DNA of 64,000 nucleotides. Origin: Lingula anatina (Eukaryota; Animalia; Brachiopoda). The position numbers and the translations under genes were made by a program. The stretch is from contig CM120647.1 of NCBI GenBank assembly GCA_051362555.1, positions 8,308,001-8,372,000 of the forward strand. The letters run 5' to 3'. Shown in pieces: positions 51,830 to 64,000 of this stretch (its first letter is position 1; every line of letters begins with the position of its first letter). Under the pieces are notes generated by a model. The model was given only the letters and a program-made list of their open reading frames with translations. It had not been told where the DNA came from and did no database searches.

Positions 51830-52802
51830 TTAGACAGCCCACCGCCAGTTGGGTGTAGTGTAACTACCGAGTTGAATATTTAGCTGGGGATTGGTATGTT
51901 CTGTACTGGACTAAGCTGAATGCTTGAAATCGGCATGGACTGTACTGAATTAAAACATTCGGCTGGGAATTGGGGTGTACTGCACTGAATTCTGCGTTGG
52001 GTTTTGGATGCAGCTTCAACCAGCTGCTCCACGTGTCTTCCTACACGCGTACAGGCCGCTCTGAGAGGAGAGATAAATATGGGTTGGAATTCAAAGTTGG
52101 AAAAACATTTCGTGCGCCAGTTAGTATTATTCTCGGTTCTTCACCTTGAAAAAGTACAAAATAGTCATGCGATAGGACACTTTTTTGCCCAGTATTCTGC
52201 ATGGTCACGCACATTTAGTTCAATGCCATTAGTGTACTAATTATTTTGTTTTTGACGGTCATCAAAGTTTTTTTGAGGTGTGTCCATTTTATATTTATGA
52301 TGATCCATATCCATTACGATTGAATTTAAGACCCCATTACCAGAGATTAGATCGATCCAACTAGATCGACCTAACTCCCTGGGGGTTCACGCCAAATAGC
52401 TGTCAGCCGAGCGGGCACGAAAGTTAATTACCCCCTTACAGCTTGTAGTAGGCGGGACGGGCATTTAAGCCGGATTATCTGACAGTAATCTAGTGAGACT
52501 CCCCACGGGGATAGACCGATCTATAATTTATGGGAATACGCCCTAAGTCTTTGAACGTGGCGACGATTTCTATAAAAAAAATGCACCTTATGTTGCAACA
52601 CTGATTTACCTTGGATTCAAAGTTGACTTTTAAGCTTAATAGCTTCGGTCTAAAAGTTTTGACCATTTTTTTCGGGCTGGAATGCTGTAGTAAAGCAAGC
52701 CCTTGAGGTTTTTATCCACTGAGCCACAATAAGTTTTGTGAGGCCGCTGGGGCGGAATAACCTGTACATGTTACCACCTTGAAATGGGGTTATGTAGCAT
52801 AG

Positions 52803-53088
52803 ACTGCGTTCCCATAACCTTATCGTACTAGCAGGATTGATCTATCTCAGCGGGGATTCTTGGTAAGGCACAGTCAGTGTAATCAGCTTATTTTTTTGGT
52901 ACGTCCCTTATCAAAGCAACACGAACAACATCATGGACCACAAAGTTTTCCCCGACTTTTCTCAAGTACTGTAAGTTACGAGGAGGCGTGCCAGACATTA
53001 AAGCCGCTCAAACTGAATGCAATTTGGCGAGAATCCCCGAGGAATTAGCTCGATCCAGCTAGTACGATAGGGTTATGGGAACAGGGCC
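52803..53088. mobile_element. Family D-related MITE; related pieces at ~52325-52543 and ~53625-53716
   Basis: gttcccataaccttatcgtactagc / gctagtacgatagggttatgggaac inverted ends. Confidence 0.75.
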
Positions 53089-54992
53089 ACAGTCTTGGAG
53101 TTATATGGTGGGATTTGGGGTTGTTGTCAAGGTTTCGTGGTCACGTGTCGTGGCAGTATGGGAGGCCTGGGTGCAAGGGATAAAGGTGTTTTTATTTTCT
53201 GCATCTAGGGTATTATCTACATTTGTAAGAAGCTTTCGGCTTCAAATTGTTGTTCTGAGTTCAATTATGACGTTGCATTTCACTGTCAGTGAATAATAAC
53301 TGGCATGCGGTAAGCTAAAAAGCAGATGATATACTAGATCTAGATGATAACTCTAACAGAGGTGAATAATCAGGAAGAAAAGTAGTTAACAGACATAACA
53401 GTAAACAGCTGGCGATGCAGCAAATATGTGTTGAATTTTCAATCTGTTTTCTGGGGATGGATCGGAGGGAGGGGGCTTCAACGTCCTATCCGTATTAAAA
53501 TACGAAGTCCGTCGTTCAAAGGCATTTTCAAAGGGGGGTACTCGCTAAATTGCTTTCAGTTTAAGCGTACACGAAAGTTAACTACCCCCCCCCCCTTCCC
53601 TCAGCAGCTTCAGTGGGCGTGACAGACATTTAAGTCGCTTAAACTGAATGCAATTTAGCGAAGATCCCCTCGGAGATAGATCGATCTTGTTAGTATGATA
53701 TGCTTATGGGAACAGCTGTATGGGAACACAACCTTCATATCTTAGAAATATGTAAACCCAGGGTGAGCCCGTCGCCTTTCGGTCCAAGCGTACCAAAACC
53801 ACAGGTGTGACAGACACGAACAAATGTCTTTCATATATACAGAGTCGACAACGAACAGGTGGTTACATATGACTCTGTATCGGTCATAAACATCTCTCTG
53901 GCTGGCGTGACCGCCGGTCATGAATCTTCCCCCGCTGACCATGTTATGGTTGCCTAAAGGTCAGGAGAGTCCGCCGGTAGCGCTGGGAGAAATCCACGCT
54001 TCCTCCACCTGTCGTCTGCTTTACTAAGATGAGTCAAGAAAAATTCCCGAAGCTTCACGTACTTTTTCCATATACTTTTGAAGTTTTGGATATCGTTCTT
54101 TTCTTAAAAAGTTTCCATTTTGAAAGCAAAAACAATTTCTATTAGTCAATTCATTCGTTTGGTATTTTGTTTATTTATTATACAGCAGTAACTAAACCCG
54201 GCTGTTTGCCCCGCACTGTTTATTAGATAAATGCAGTCGAAGGAAAAAAAAACACCCATATTTCAAACTGTTGTGACGGGAATGGCAGCATTAGGATAGA
54301 AATGCGGGCTCCCATATGATTAATACAGATTAGGGTTAGTCGGGGTTAGTATAAGGTATATCATATGGGACGGATGTCAACTGTACAGCGTAATGGGGAA
54401 CGGACTAAGGTTCTAAGCAGACGATTATACCTGTCACACCGACTTTTAAAGCCTTGGGCCTTTTTTATGTCAACCAGATGAGCAGACATGGTGGCGGATG
54501 TTGTATATCTAACTGTTGAACTCCATCTAACCTTCTCTTCATGTTAGACCCTGAGGTGACAAGCAGTCTGTCGCAAACACGGGGCAGTCTCGTTTTCATC
54601 TCCACCCACTCAAAGGGCTCTGACGCTAAATCGAGGCTAAGTGTTCTAGATCGACTGTTTTCACGTTGATTTTAATTGTACCGGAAGAGGGAATGCATCT
54701 TGTAATTGTTCTTGTATCATTTCTCTGACAGCTGCGCCAATAAGACAGCAAGTATGTTAGTTTATGTACTAATTAAACGTGTTGACTTGATATACTAGTA
54801 CCTTCGTGCAAAAAGGTAAGAGATAATGCGTTAAACGTAGAAATGAGTTTGTGGGTACAGTGTAAATCTGCACAGGTGATTATCTGAAGCACGTTAAACA
54901 CGCACACGGGGAAGAGAGAGAGAGAGAGAGATCAAGGATGAATTCAAGGTTATTTAAACGGGTCACAAAGAACAGTTACTGTAAAATATAGG

Positions 54993-55036
<44 letters not shown>

Positions 55037-56269
55037 GGAAAAATTGCTATCTTTTGACTCATTTCGATTACTTGATATCCTTCACATCGAGCCAGCATGT
55101 CCTAGTATGCATATCGGTATTGAGAAACGTACATGTTTACTTGTCCTAACATGTGATTACACTTCGAGTGGGGAGCATAATTTTAATTTTTTTCTTATTT
55201 TTATATTATTATTATTTTGAAAGGACACATGTGAAGCCAAGGTGAGGTTGGCACGCCCCTTCCCCCCCCCCCCTCCCCTCCCTTCCGGAACAACCATTGC
55301 ATATGTTTATATAAACCTAGTAGGTCTACCAGCATTGGTATGTTGATACACGTTGACTTATATATGATAACACGTAACACAATTGGCGGACATCCAAGCG
55401 CGAGTGCACCTCACAATACATAAATACTTAGCTCAGATGAGCACTAGAATTATTCATATCTTTGTTGACAGTTGTCATATCTATGTTTGCACTGATGCCC
55501 ATGAACTTTAACTAAGAATTGCACTACTTAGCGACGTCAGCAATGAGTTCATGTCAAATAGGCCCTATCTGCAAAGCTGAACGATTCGGTCATAAAAAAG
55601 GGGAAAAAAACTGAGGGTCCCTGTAACGGAGGTCCCCCCCCCCCCCCCCCCCCCCCCCATTAGGTTTGTACATATCAGGGTAAGCATGACGTAAATCGTC
55701 AAAATCTAGGACGGGCTTTACCCAAACAAACTTAAATGTATAAATGAAACTGGTTGTAGTGTCTGGAGTTGTATGAAATGTAAAAAACGAGAGAGGGTCG
55801 TGGCAGGGGGGGGGGGGGGGTCTTGTGTTATCATTTTTTTCTATATGGCAATTACGCTAATATTTCGAACTCCTCGCCTCTTATGTCTCCTTGCATCACG
55901 CATCACCTCTTTTCATTCAATATTAATAATTATATTTATTCTTGAAAATAAATTGTCCCACACAAACCAACTAACTTTCGAAAACCTTAGAATCAATATT
56001 TTTAGTGTTATAAACAGAAGATGGATTCTTTTGGAAATATATCAATTCTTTATGTTCGAAATTAAAGAGTTATTACCGTATAAATAAGTATATCCACACG
56101 AGTCTTGGTTATATAGTCTAATATATATCAACGTTTTGATATGACAGGTACTGAATTTGTTTACACGAAATGCGGGTACAATATTATGCACGCCCTTTGG
56201 CTGGTCTCTCAATCAGAATCGCATTCATATCAGGTTCATATCAGGTTTATATCAAACCAATAACGTTCA

Positions 56270-56470
56270 TATCAGGTTCAAATCAATTCCCGATACTTGT
56301 TGGTGAAAGTGATTAATAATGGTAGTTTTTCATGAGAAAAAGTATCAATCTGATAATACAATACCAACTTTAATTTATTTTATCAGATTGATACTTTTTC
56401 TCATAACTTTGGTAAAAACCAATATTTTATCATTTTCACCAACTGGTACCGGAAATTGGTTTGGTATTTT
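56270..56470. repeat. Long AT-rich palindrome (foldback)
   Basis: Perfect 25-bp arms atgagaaaaagtatcaatctgataa / ttatcagattgatactttttctcat with imperfect outer arms. Confidence 0.75.
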
Positions 56471-56867
56471 ATTTACATATGTAAATACATAATATACCAA
56501 ACTGTACTGGTGCACCTAGTATGTATTTTCAGGTCGGATAATTCTCGATTTAACTTGTTTTATCAGATTGATAGTTTTTCTTATGCCAGAAGTGCGTGAA
56601 TGCTGGTGTATGGACCCGCCTGGTGTTAATTTCAAATTTTATCTGAAGTTTACACCGGAGAGGGGAGAATGACAGACATACAGACAGACAGACAGACGGA
56701 CAGACAAGGACAGGTGGCTGTACAGAGATGTCATTAAGGAAACCATCGGGCATTCAGACAAAAAGACACGCAGATAGACAAACAATGGGCAAGATATTTC
56801 AGGTAGTTCTTCATAAGTTTTAATGAGATTTCAAGTTCGAGAGGAAAAAATTATTAATTCAGCTTAT

Positions 56868-57040
56868 CCGGTGTGACAGAAATGGTAGTCCTCCAAGAAC
56901 CGTAGTCTGTTCCCATAACTTTGTGCAGGTGGCATTCGCCATATATACTAACCCCAATACTCCAACTAACCCTAACCTGAACTTATCATATGGGACCCCA
57001 GTCTTCCATTCCTAGAACCACCATTCCTGTCACACCTGTA
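56868..57040. mobile_element. Small TIR element with internal telomere-like taaccc motifs; inverted sister copy at ~54268-54441
   Basis: ggtgtgacagaaatgg / ccattcctgtcacacc; internal ctaaccctaacc...catatggga mirrored by tcccatatg...ttagggttag at ~54310-54340. Confidence 0.6.
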
Positions 57041-57114
57041 CAAAGTTATGGGAAATGGAATACATTTCCTGGCGTACTAATATTCCTGTCACCCCGCATC
57101 TCTTGTTGTTTAAG

Positions 57115-57303
57115 TTTTTCCTTGGCGGAGTACTCGCTCTGGGGTGCTCTCTTGTTGTTTCTGTTTTTCTTTGGAGGAAGTACTCGCTCTCGGTGTGCTC
57201 TCTTGATGTTTACGTTTTTCTTTGGCGGAGGTACTCGCTCTCGGGGTGCTCTCTTGTTGTTTCCGTTTTCCTTGGCGGAGGTACTCGCTCTCGGCGTGCT
57301 CTC
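57115..57303 (+). repeat. Four tandem ~50-bp units resembling Helentron/HINE 3' termini
   Basis: tactcgctct at 57131, 57181, 57232, 57282; unit cttggcggaggtactcgctctcggggtgctctcttgttgttt. Confidence 0.8.
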
Positions 57304-58603
57304 AATTCAGCTCCATCATCAGCCAGACGTAACCTTGAGACATTAGTATCATTTCACCTGGAGCTGTCAGACTAGATCAAAACAAAGTGGCCAGGGGCAC
57401 CTTTCTCACCTTAGCTTCAAAGAGATCTCCAAGTCAACACCTGCAGCGTTAGGTACCTGTGTCTTCACGCTATATGCTTATTAGAGGCATTGGTGTGGTA
57501 AACAACGACTTAGATCATGCCACGCACAACACCTGAATATGTAATACAATCGTCCATCGGAGTTAATATATCATTAATATGGCATTAAATGTTGTCATAA
57601 AATATTAATAATACCAAACATGTCAAAACATTCATTCAGTTAATTGGTGTTTTGATGGAAAGAATTTTGGACGCCAACTGTGTGTGTTATGTTGAAATGA
57701 GGGGGTCATTTGATGGAGGACTTACCGTGCAATGCTGTTGTTGATTGCAGTTAACATGTATCTTTGATTGCATGACGACATGCTGGGGGCCAGAGTAATA
57801 TACATGTATGTCCTTTGACAGGTTTGGCGGTATCTTGTGATCGTAGAGAGAAGGCTTAAAGAGAGTGGTATTATAGTGGTCTTTAAATGCCATGTTTTCG
57901 TCACGAAGTATAAATGAAAATGAAAACATGACACGTATATTGTCCAGAGAAATTAAAGCTATGGGAATTCACAGGTGACAAATATGAAGTCAATATCCCA
58001 TTGTAAACATCCTAATTTACAGGCCATTTTTCCAACCAGATACTTTGGCATTTTTGGCTGATCTCTCATGGTAATGGATTCTTGATTTCATGTACAAATG
58101 AATGCCGGTACACATACACATGAATAGAGCGACTGATATTAATTAAACACCCTAAGTATCCAGGATAATTGGAAACGACGAAGTCCTTTTGACTACATAA
58201 CTGAGTTTTCAGTAGGCAATTGCAACTCGGGGTGAGCGAAATGATAACGAAGAAAAACAACGTTTTGATATGTGATACATATTACATGTCATTCCTACTT
58301 GTTTGGTATCCCGGTGAACGGGGCACAGGGAAATGAATGGTTTACAATGGGGAAGGGTAAAACAAACATGATTTAGTGAGAGCTATGCATTTACCTCGGT
58401 AACGAATGAGTATGGCTTCGCATTTATCACGCGATAATAGCAGTGATGTAAGTATTCCTTGCTTCCTTTAGTCCAGGATGGATAGGAAATTAAAAACTTG
58501 GGGAGTGTCTGCCGACAGAAATTTCGAATGAACTGCATTTTTGCTGCCACTGGACGTTGCAGCAGAGGTCCAGGGATGGGTAATGGGTGAGCCTTGACTT
58601 TTA

Positions 58604-58982
58604 GGGATCGTTCCCAATGGAAATATTGGTCTACGTAGGTCGATCCAACTCCTCGGGGGTTCCGCTGAATGCAATCAGATTAACAGATAAACATGCTCCT
58701 TCCTGTCGTTGAGTAGAATACAGAAAACCTGGTGATTATGCAAGTACGCTAAAATCGTTGGCGAGTGATTGGATCGATCTACGCAGTGCGGTCATTTCAT
58801 TGTGAATGAACCCTTAGAGAGCATTCAGAACAACGGACAAACAGATCTTGCTTTTTTGCTTTTTTGCGATATCCCCGCGGGGAATCTGTTCAGTTTCTAA
58901 TCTTGGATTAAGCGGTAAGCTTTTTAGTGGGTCGCCATATTTGATCCGCCATATTTGTTAGTCCGCTGTTCTGAATGCGCTC
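58604..58982. mobile_element. Adjacent family D (58604-58813) and family A (58817-58982) MITEs sharing a TTA
   Basis: tta|gggatcgttcccaatgg...cattgtgaatgaaccc|tta|gagagcattcagaac...gttctgaatgcgctc. Confidence 0.78.
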
Positions 58983-59838
58983 TTGGATGACAGCTTTTGC
59001 TGTTTCTAGTAATCTCCGATACAGCTGAGTGATCATTACTTACGGTTATGAAACGGCAGCTTTTTAGATAGTAGAACACTTGGAAAAATTGATGTTGAAT
59101 GCCTGGTTACACACGCTTATGTGACCAAAATACGTTACGGTAACGTTATAAAACGTTCTGTGTTTTCTGGGTATCGCCTGATATTGACCTGTAAAAATTG
59201 TTCAGATATTCGCTTGGTATTGTTTTTGTTATTTCCTCCATAGACAAACGAGGGTATCATTTAACTTCACTGTCATTGTGCTGGCCCTGTTATAAAACTT
59301 GGGAGTTGTTTTTGCAGACACAGACTGTCAATGGGATCGAGTGACAGTGATTATTCCGTCATTGGCATAAATTTTCCTGCTGCTGGCTTACATCGCCATA
59401 GAGTGATTTTATTACCTTCGTTATCTTCGGTATCCATATAACCTTATTAAGGTTGTCGCTTCAGGACCTACAGAATCATTAAGACAATGAACATGTGGAC
59501 TTGAGCATAAAAGTTATTCTGCCGTTAATGTTTGTCATATCGTCATTGTGGTATTTAAAAATATCTACCAGGAAAAAAGTGAATAGTATTAAAAAATTAC
59601 TGAGCACTGTTTGTTTGTATTTTCGCTTCATTATAAAATATGTAGATAAATAAACGATAAAACACCCCGGCTGAAATATTCATATCACTTGGATGGCGCA
59701 TTGGGCGCTTTAAAATCTGATATTTGCTAGCTTTTCGATTTCCGCCTGGTTGTTCCAAATCTTTTCAGTTGTATAATCGACAAGGTCACCTACATGGGAA
59801 GCATACAGTCCCAGTTGTGACATAGGAGGAACACGTAT

Positions 59839-59996
59839 CAGGCCCGTAGCCAGGGGGGTTCGAAAAAACCGCCCTTTTTGCTCCGAAAAGGTCCACTCTG
59901 GATAAAATTTGATCTAGGTACAAGAAGATTTCATGGTAAAAGGTCCACTTTTTCAGAAAACGAACCCCCCATTTGAAATTGCTGGCTACGGACCTG
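59839..59996. mobile_element. CAGG MITE, second copy, 5-bp TSD CGTAT
   Basis: cgtat|caggcccgtagcc ... ggctacggacctg|cgtat; homologous to 21116-21275. Confidence 0.9.
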
Positions 59997-60824
59997 CGTA
60001 TCGTATGGAATCTTCATTCATTTTGAAAATCGTCTGAGATTGCCCAAAACCAGGTTGTCGGTACTGCGTAATGCCATAGGAGACGAGAAAAACTCGCGAG
60101 AATTCGCGTGAGGTTGGGCTAACCGTTTAGCGATAAGGGCGAAACGTTGCGTCAAGCATGTCGTCATGGAATACAACGTAGAAATAATCTAAGTACACAA
60201 GGCATGCCGGTGAATACGTGTTAGAATTCATGCGAAAGACTGTGTTTCTGCAGAATTTAAAGGGAACCAATCAGGGAATTATCCGTGGATATATGCTGTC
60301 AGTCTCTTCTCCAAATCTCGCGCAATCTCGGGCTGTCTCGGATGAATTCCATTCACCATCATCACGTAAATTCATCACGGGCAGTTGGATTTCTCATTAT
60401 ACAATAACAGAGACATCAAGCCAGACATTAGTCTAGAATTCGTGCCTGGTTGCCATTTCGTGCCTACTAATTTGTTTGTCTGGCTACTAACACGCCTGTA
60501 ATGGTCACAACTGAATATTGGGACTAGTTTGGTATTTTAATTAGAGGGAAAACATGTTCCCTTGGGTGTATATCATAGAGGTGTCACGCCATTTCTGTTA
60601 CGCTTGAATCTACGGTCTTTATTTTCAGTCAAAAAGATGAAGTGACATTTCATATTCATTCTTTGGGGCTCACACACAATGACTGTCCCTAACCAGGCGG
60701 CTGCTTTACATAAGAACTCAAACCCACAAATTGGTGTGAAGGTCTGGACAAAAAATCAGTCTAATCCCATGAGAGTCACAGCCTTAATTGTCCGTTTAAA
60801 CAAGTAGGTATTCGTCTAAAGTAT

Positions 60825-61025
60825 AACTTGAACTTCTTCGTGCGGCATCCGACACCAGAGACTGCCTGTGGGGTCTGTCTTGGAACCACATGGTATTTGC
60901 CCCAATGTCCATCCTGCTTCTCGCATGTCCATCTTGACCGACCGTCTTCAGATTTCCTTGGGTCTTTCTCTCACCCTCTAGGTTTCAGGGGTAAGCCTCA
61001 GTTTGCGGTCTTACATGTTAGACAC
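60825..61025 (-). mobile_element. 3'-end remnant of an RTE-clade LINE
   Basis: Minus strand RERPKEI*RRSVKMDMREAGWTLG resembles the RTE ORF C-terminal 'GRPKxTWRRxVxxEMxxAGxTW' motif, followed by a caagt-like tail. Confidence 0.6.
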
Positions 61026-63469
61026 TAACTTCTAGCGCGTTAGGCTGAACACCGGGACAACCACTGGCGCCCCGCCCACTCACTATACCTCGTGGTGTCT
61101 AACTCTTTGATACCTTTCTGAAACATTTTTGCTTTTTGTATTTTGCTGAAAAATAAATCTTTGAATTGTGATTTAGATTATTTACATGTTTCCTTAAAAT
61201 TGCAAGTTAAGGCAATCAATTTTCGAGCTAAGTGCCCGCCCCCTCTTTAATAAATACTGGCCCCAGTTCCAGTGAGGATTAACTGCCATGAGTATGGGAT
61301 TTGTGGCAAAAAGTATTGTCAAGTCTGCATTTAGCTTCAGTACTGTAACAGTAAGTAAAGTGATAATGTAGGTTATTTTAATTTAAAGAAATTTGTTATG
61401 ACAGTGAATATGATTGAGATATTTTTTATCATTTTGAAATTTCTCTCGTGAATGTGTACAGTCATCCATGATATCATTGGTCCGTTCAGACAACGTGAAA
61501 ATTGGAACGGGACTGGGCCTGAAGGCACCATCAGACATCAAAAGGAGCTATCTGTCTACTTGTGTAAAGTATTTCGATCTCCAGTTGCTATATCACAGCG
61601 TTTGACGCCGGGTTTTATTCCCGTTTTCGTTCCATGTCAGACCGCGTCTGAACAGCATTCATTGTTTTGTAAACCAACCCAATATTTAACCAGTCATGTA
61701 TTTCATCGCCCTGTATAACAAGTTGTCAGTGGTATAGCAATAAATACCACAAGTACCCCCCTTAATTTAATTTGCCAATGCTGATGGTGGAAATTGTGCC
61801 ACGAACACCTCACGCTCTGTGTGTGAACATTCATACGCGTCAATGAGCGTTACCTTTCCACCGCCTGTATTGGGTTGCATGTGCGAAACCACTTTCAGGT
61901 TTTATTATTCCCTAATACATTGGCCTGGTTAAAGCAGGAGGTTAAGTAAGTTCTTTGTGTCCTCTTGCCTGATGAATAAGAGATAAATAGAGTCGGAAAT
62001 GTAATAGCGTGACTAGGCCGTTCCGTGACATGGCAAACCGTCGTTGGCGAATCGTTCTCTTTGGCCTTCTGTGTGGATACTGCTTTGGCAGTTAATTTTA
62101 GAATGAAGATATTGTTGCCCCCTTTTTTCCTTTGCGGGATTTGATGATGATGTAGAAGACACTTAATTCTGACATTTACACCTCAGAAACGGTGATTATG
62201 TAAATAAACCTAAGGTTGCACCATGAGGAATACCGAAGATGTGTCATAATTTCTATCTTTATCGTTTCGAGTTGTCAGTTAATTTAGAATAAAGTTATTG
62301 TTGCTTTTTTTACTGTGAGGGACTAATATAGTCAAAAATACGTTAGTATTGATAATATGTTTTAAGATCGAATTTTCGAGATCGTTCTGGATTAAATGTA
62401 CATTTTCCTTGGTGATAAGGGGAAAGTTCGGTCAAAAACAAGGGATTTGTTTTAACTTTACGTTAAGTTGGGCCAATGTATTTTTTATGTGTCTACATTT
62501 CTAGGGTCAAGTTTTCGGAATTTCGGGTACAGAAGTGAAAACCAACTCTCGATGTAAGTTTCTTTGTAGAAAAGGGACCTTTGCTTAGACGTAAATGTGC
62601 CGATTTGAAACCTGAACGACGCCGTGTGCTTTAATATACAATCTCACCTTTCTGAAAAATCGATAGACGCATATTGTGATCGCTCCGTCATACACACCTG
62701 TTCTCCAATATGAAAAAAAAGCTACTTTGCTCTTCTTACATCAGGTAGACGTTGGAATTAATAAAGGCACATTTTATAGGCGCTTGCTCACGCAATCTAT
62801 CTCGGTTTAAGAAGACTTCCAGGAACCGGCTTAGCAGTTTGCATATATGAAGAGATTTTATGCATTGACTGACGTACATGTAAGACTCCACATGGAGGAG
62901 AAAGACCGGGAGGGGGGTAAATAAGAATTTAATGATAAAAAGTAGAAGAGGGCAGTTGTGGGTGACATGGATGGCAAGAAAATTGGTTCAATTTTGTCTC
63001 GGTTCATTCCTTATACTGTTTTTTTTTTTTTTTTTTTTTAATTTGTATTAATTCCTTTTGGAAGGGGGGAGCTGAAGGGGTACCTCATAGAGTTACAAAA
63101 GAGGTAAAATGGGAGGGAATCGTTAAGATTATGTTAGCAATTGCAGAATCCCTCAGTGACAAAAGGAATAGTTTAACTGATCTCAGCTCTAGTACAGGGT
63201 AAACTCTTTGGTCTTTTGGACAAAAAACAAAACATTTTATGTTTCGAGAGAAAAAAATATTCTCCTCAGACAAAATTTTCCTTAACTGAGACATAATGGT
63301 GTTATTTTCCCAAAACAAACATCCTTTTTCTGGAATCCAGCATCAAAGAACATATTGTTTGAGAAACAAAGATTTTGGGATCTCGTGGGAACCGACAGCG
63401 TTTTCGTCAGTCTACAGACAGAATCCACGTCCTGAGTTCAAGTTAAGACTTTGTGATTCCTAATATAAA

Positions 63470-63658
63470 ACGGCCTATAATTGGTTGCAGTGTTTTTGCG
63501 GCTATAACCCGACTTCTGATTGGCTGTCGATACCTGTTTTCGCAGACGATCTGCCCTAAAGCGTCACCTTGCGGTCAACCGCAGAATGGTTGTTTTTCAC
63601 AAGTCCTCCTGTTTTTGTTGAAGCCCAGTGTTGTGTGCAGCGTACCCCTGAAGTAAGT
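63470..63658 (+). promoter_or_regulatory. Possible promoter and short non-coding exon
   Basis: Two reverse CCAAT boxes (aattggtt, ctgattggct), CpG-richer stretch, donor gaa|gtaagt at 63653. Confidence 0.25.
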
Positions 63659-64000
63659 CTCAGACAGACGTCCGTATTTTCCTCCATTTTTTATTTACGG
63701 AGAGGAAGGCAAGCTGGTCATATTTACGCCGTTTGAATCGTAACAATATCGCCATAGGAGTAAGCAAGGAAGTGAGTGAGTACGCCTACTATTTAAATAC
63801 ACGTGTCAGATTTTCAAAATTGTCTTGTTATCCCAACAAAAGATGCCAGACGTTATATTTCCTTTGTATTTATATTTTCAAATCCTTAGAGTCTGTTAAG
63901 TAATAAAAGGGATAAGAAGTGGCAAGATACTGTCAATGTGAAATGTAACTATCGGCAGTCTGTTGTCAAGAAAGCAAATTACACGTAGATAAATAAAAGA

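Noticed and set aside
57115-57303. CRISPR or coding repeat (ORFs 56990-57346 and 57055-57375)
   Set aside because: No unique spacers; the ORFs simply read through a stop-poor tandem repeat
61960-62000. Possible hammerhead ribozyme core (ctgatga...gaaa)
   Set aside because: No convincing stem II or flanking helices

Overview
AT-rich metazoan genomic DNA; the repeat landscape suggests a marine invertebrate or mollusc-like genome (inference). The only intact host coding sequence I can support is the last four exons of nicotinate phosphoribosyltransferase (NAPRT, + strand, 97-1575). About 3.4-16.6 kb holds a decayed, intron-rich DDE integrase gene of the Ginger2/KRBA2-like class on the minus strand. 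It can be rebuilt by hand into about 9 exons whose phases agree at all but one junction, including a 4-nt microexon and a GC-AG intron just before the catalytic Glu. Its catalytic exon has been locally amplified into several copies, and the locus carries a 3.5-kb TAG...CTA TIR element and a Helentron-type (HINE) element with a 146-bp satellite. Next comes an LTR/PBS remnant followed by a ComEA-like helix-hairpin-helix ORF relic. The remaining ~45 kb is non-coding (probably introns or 5' region of a large gene). It is dense with MITEs, HINEs, a three-level nested insertion containing a solo LTR, LINE scraps and microsatellites. All calls are by eye; no searches were run.
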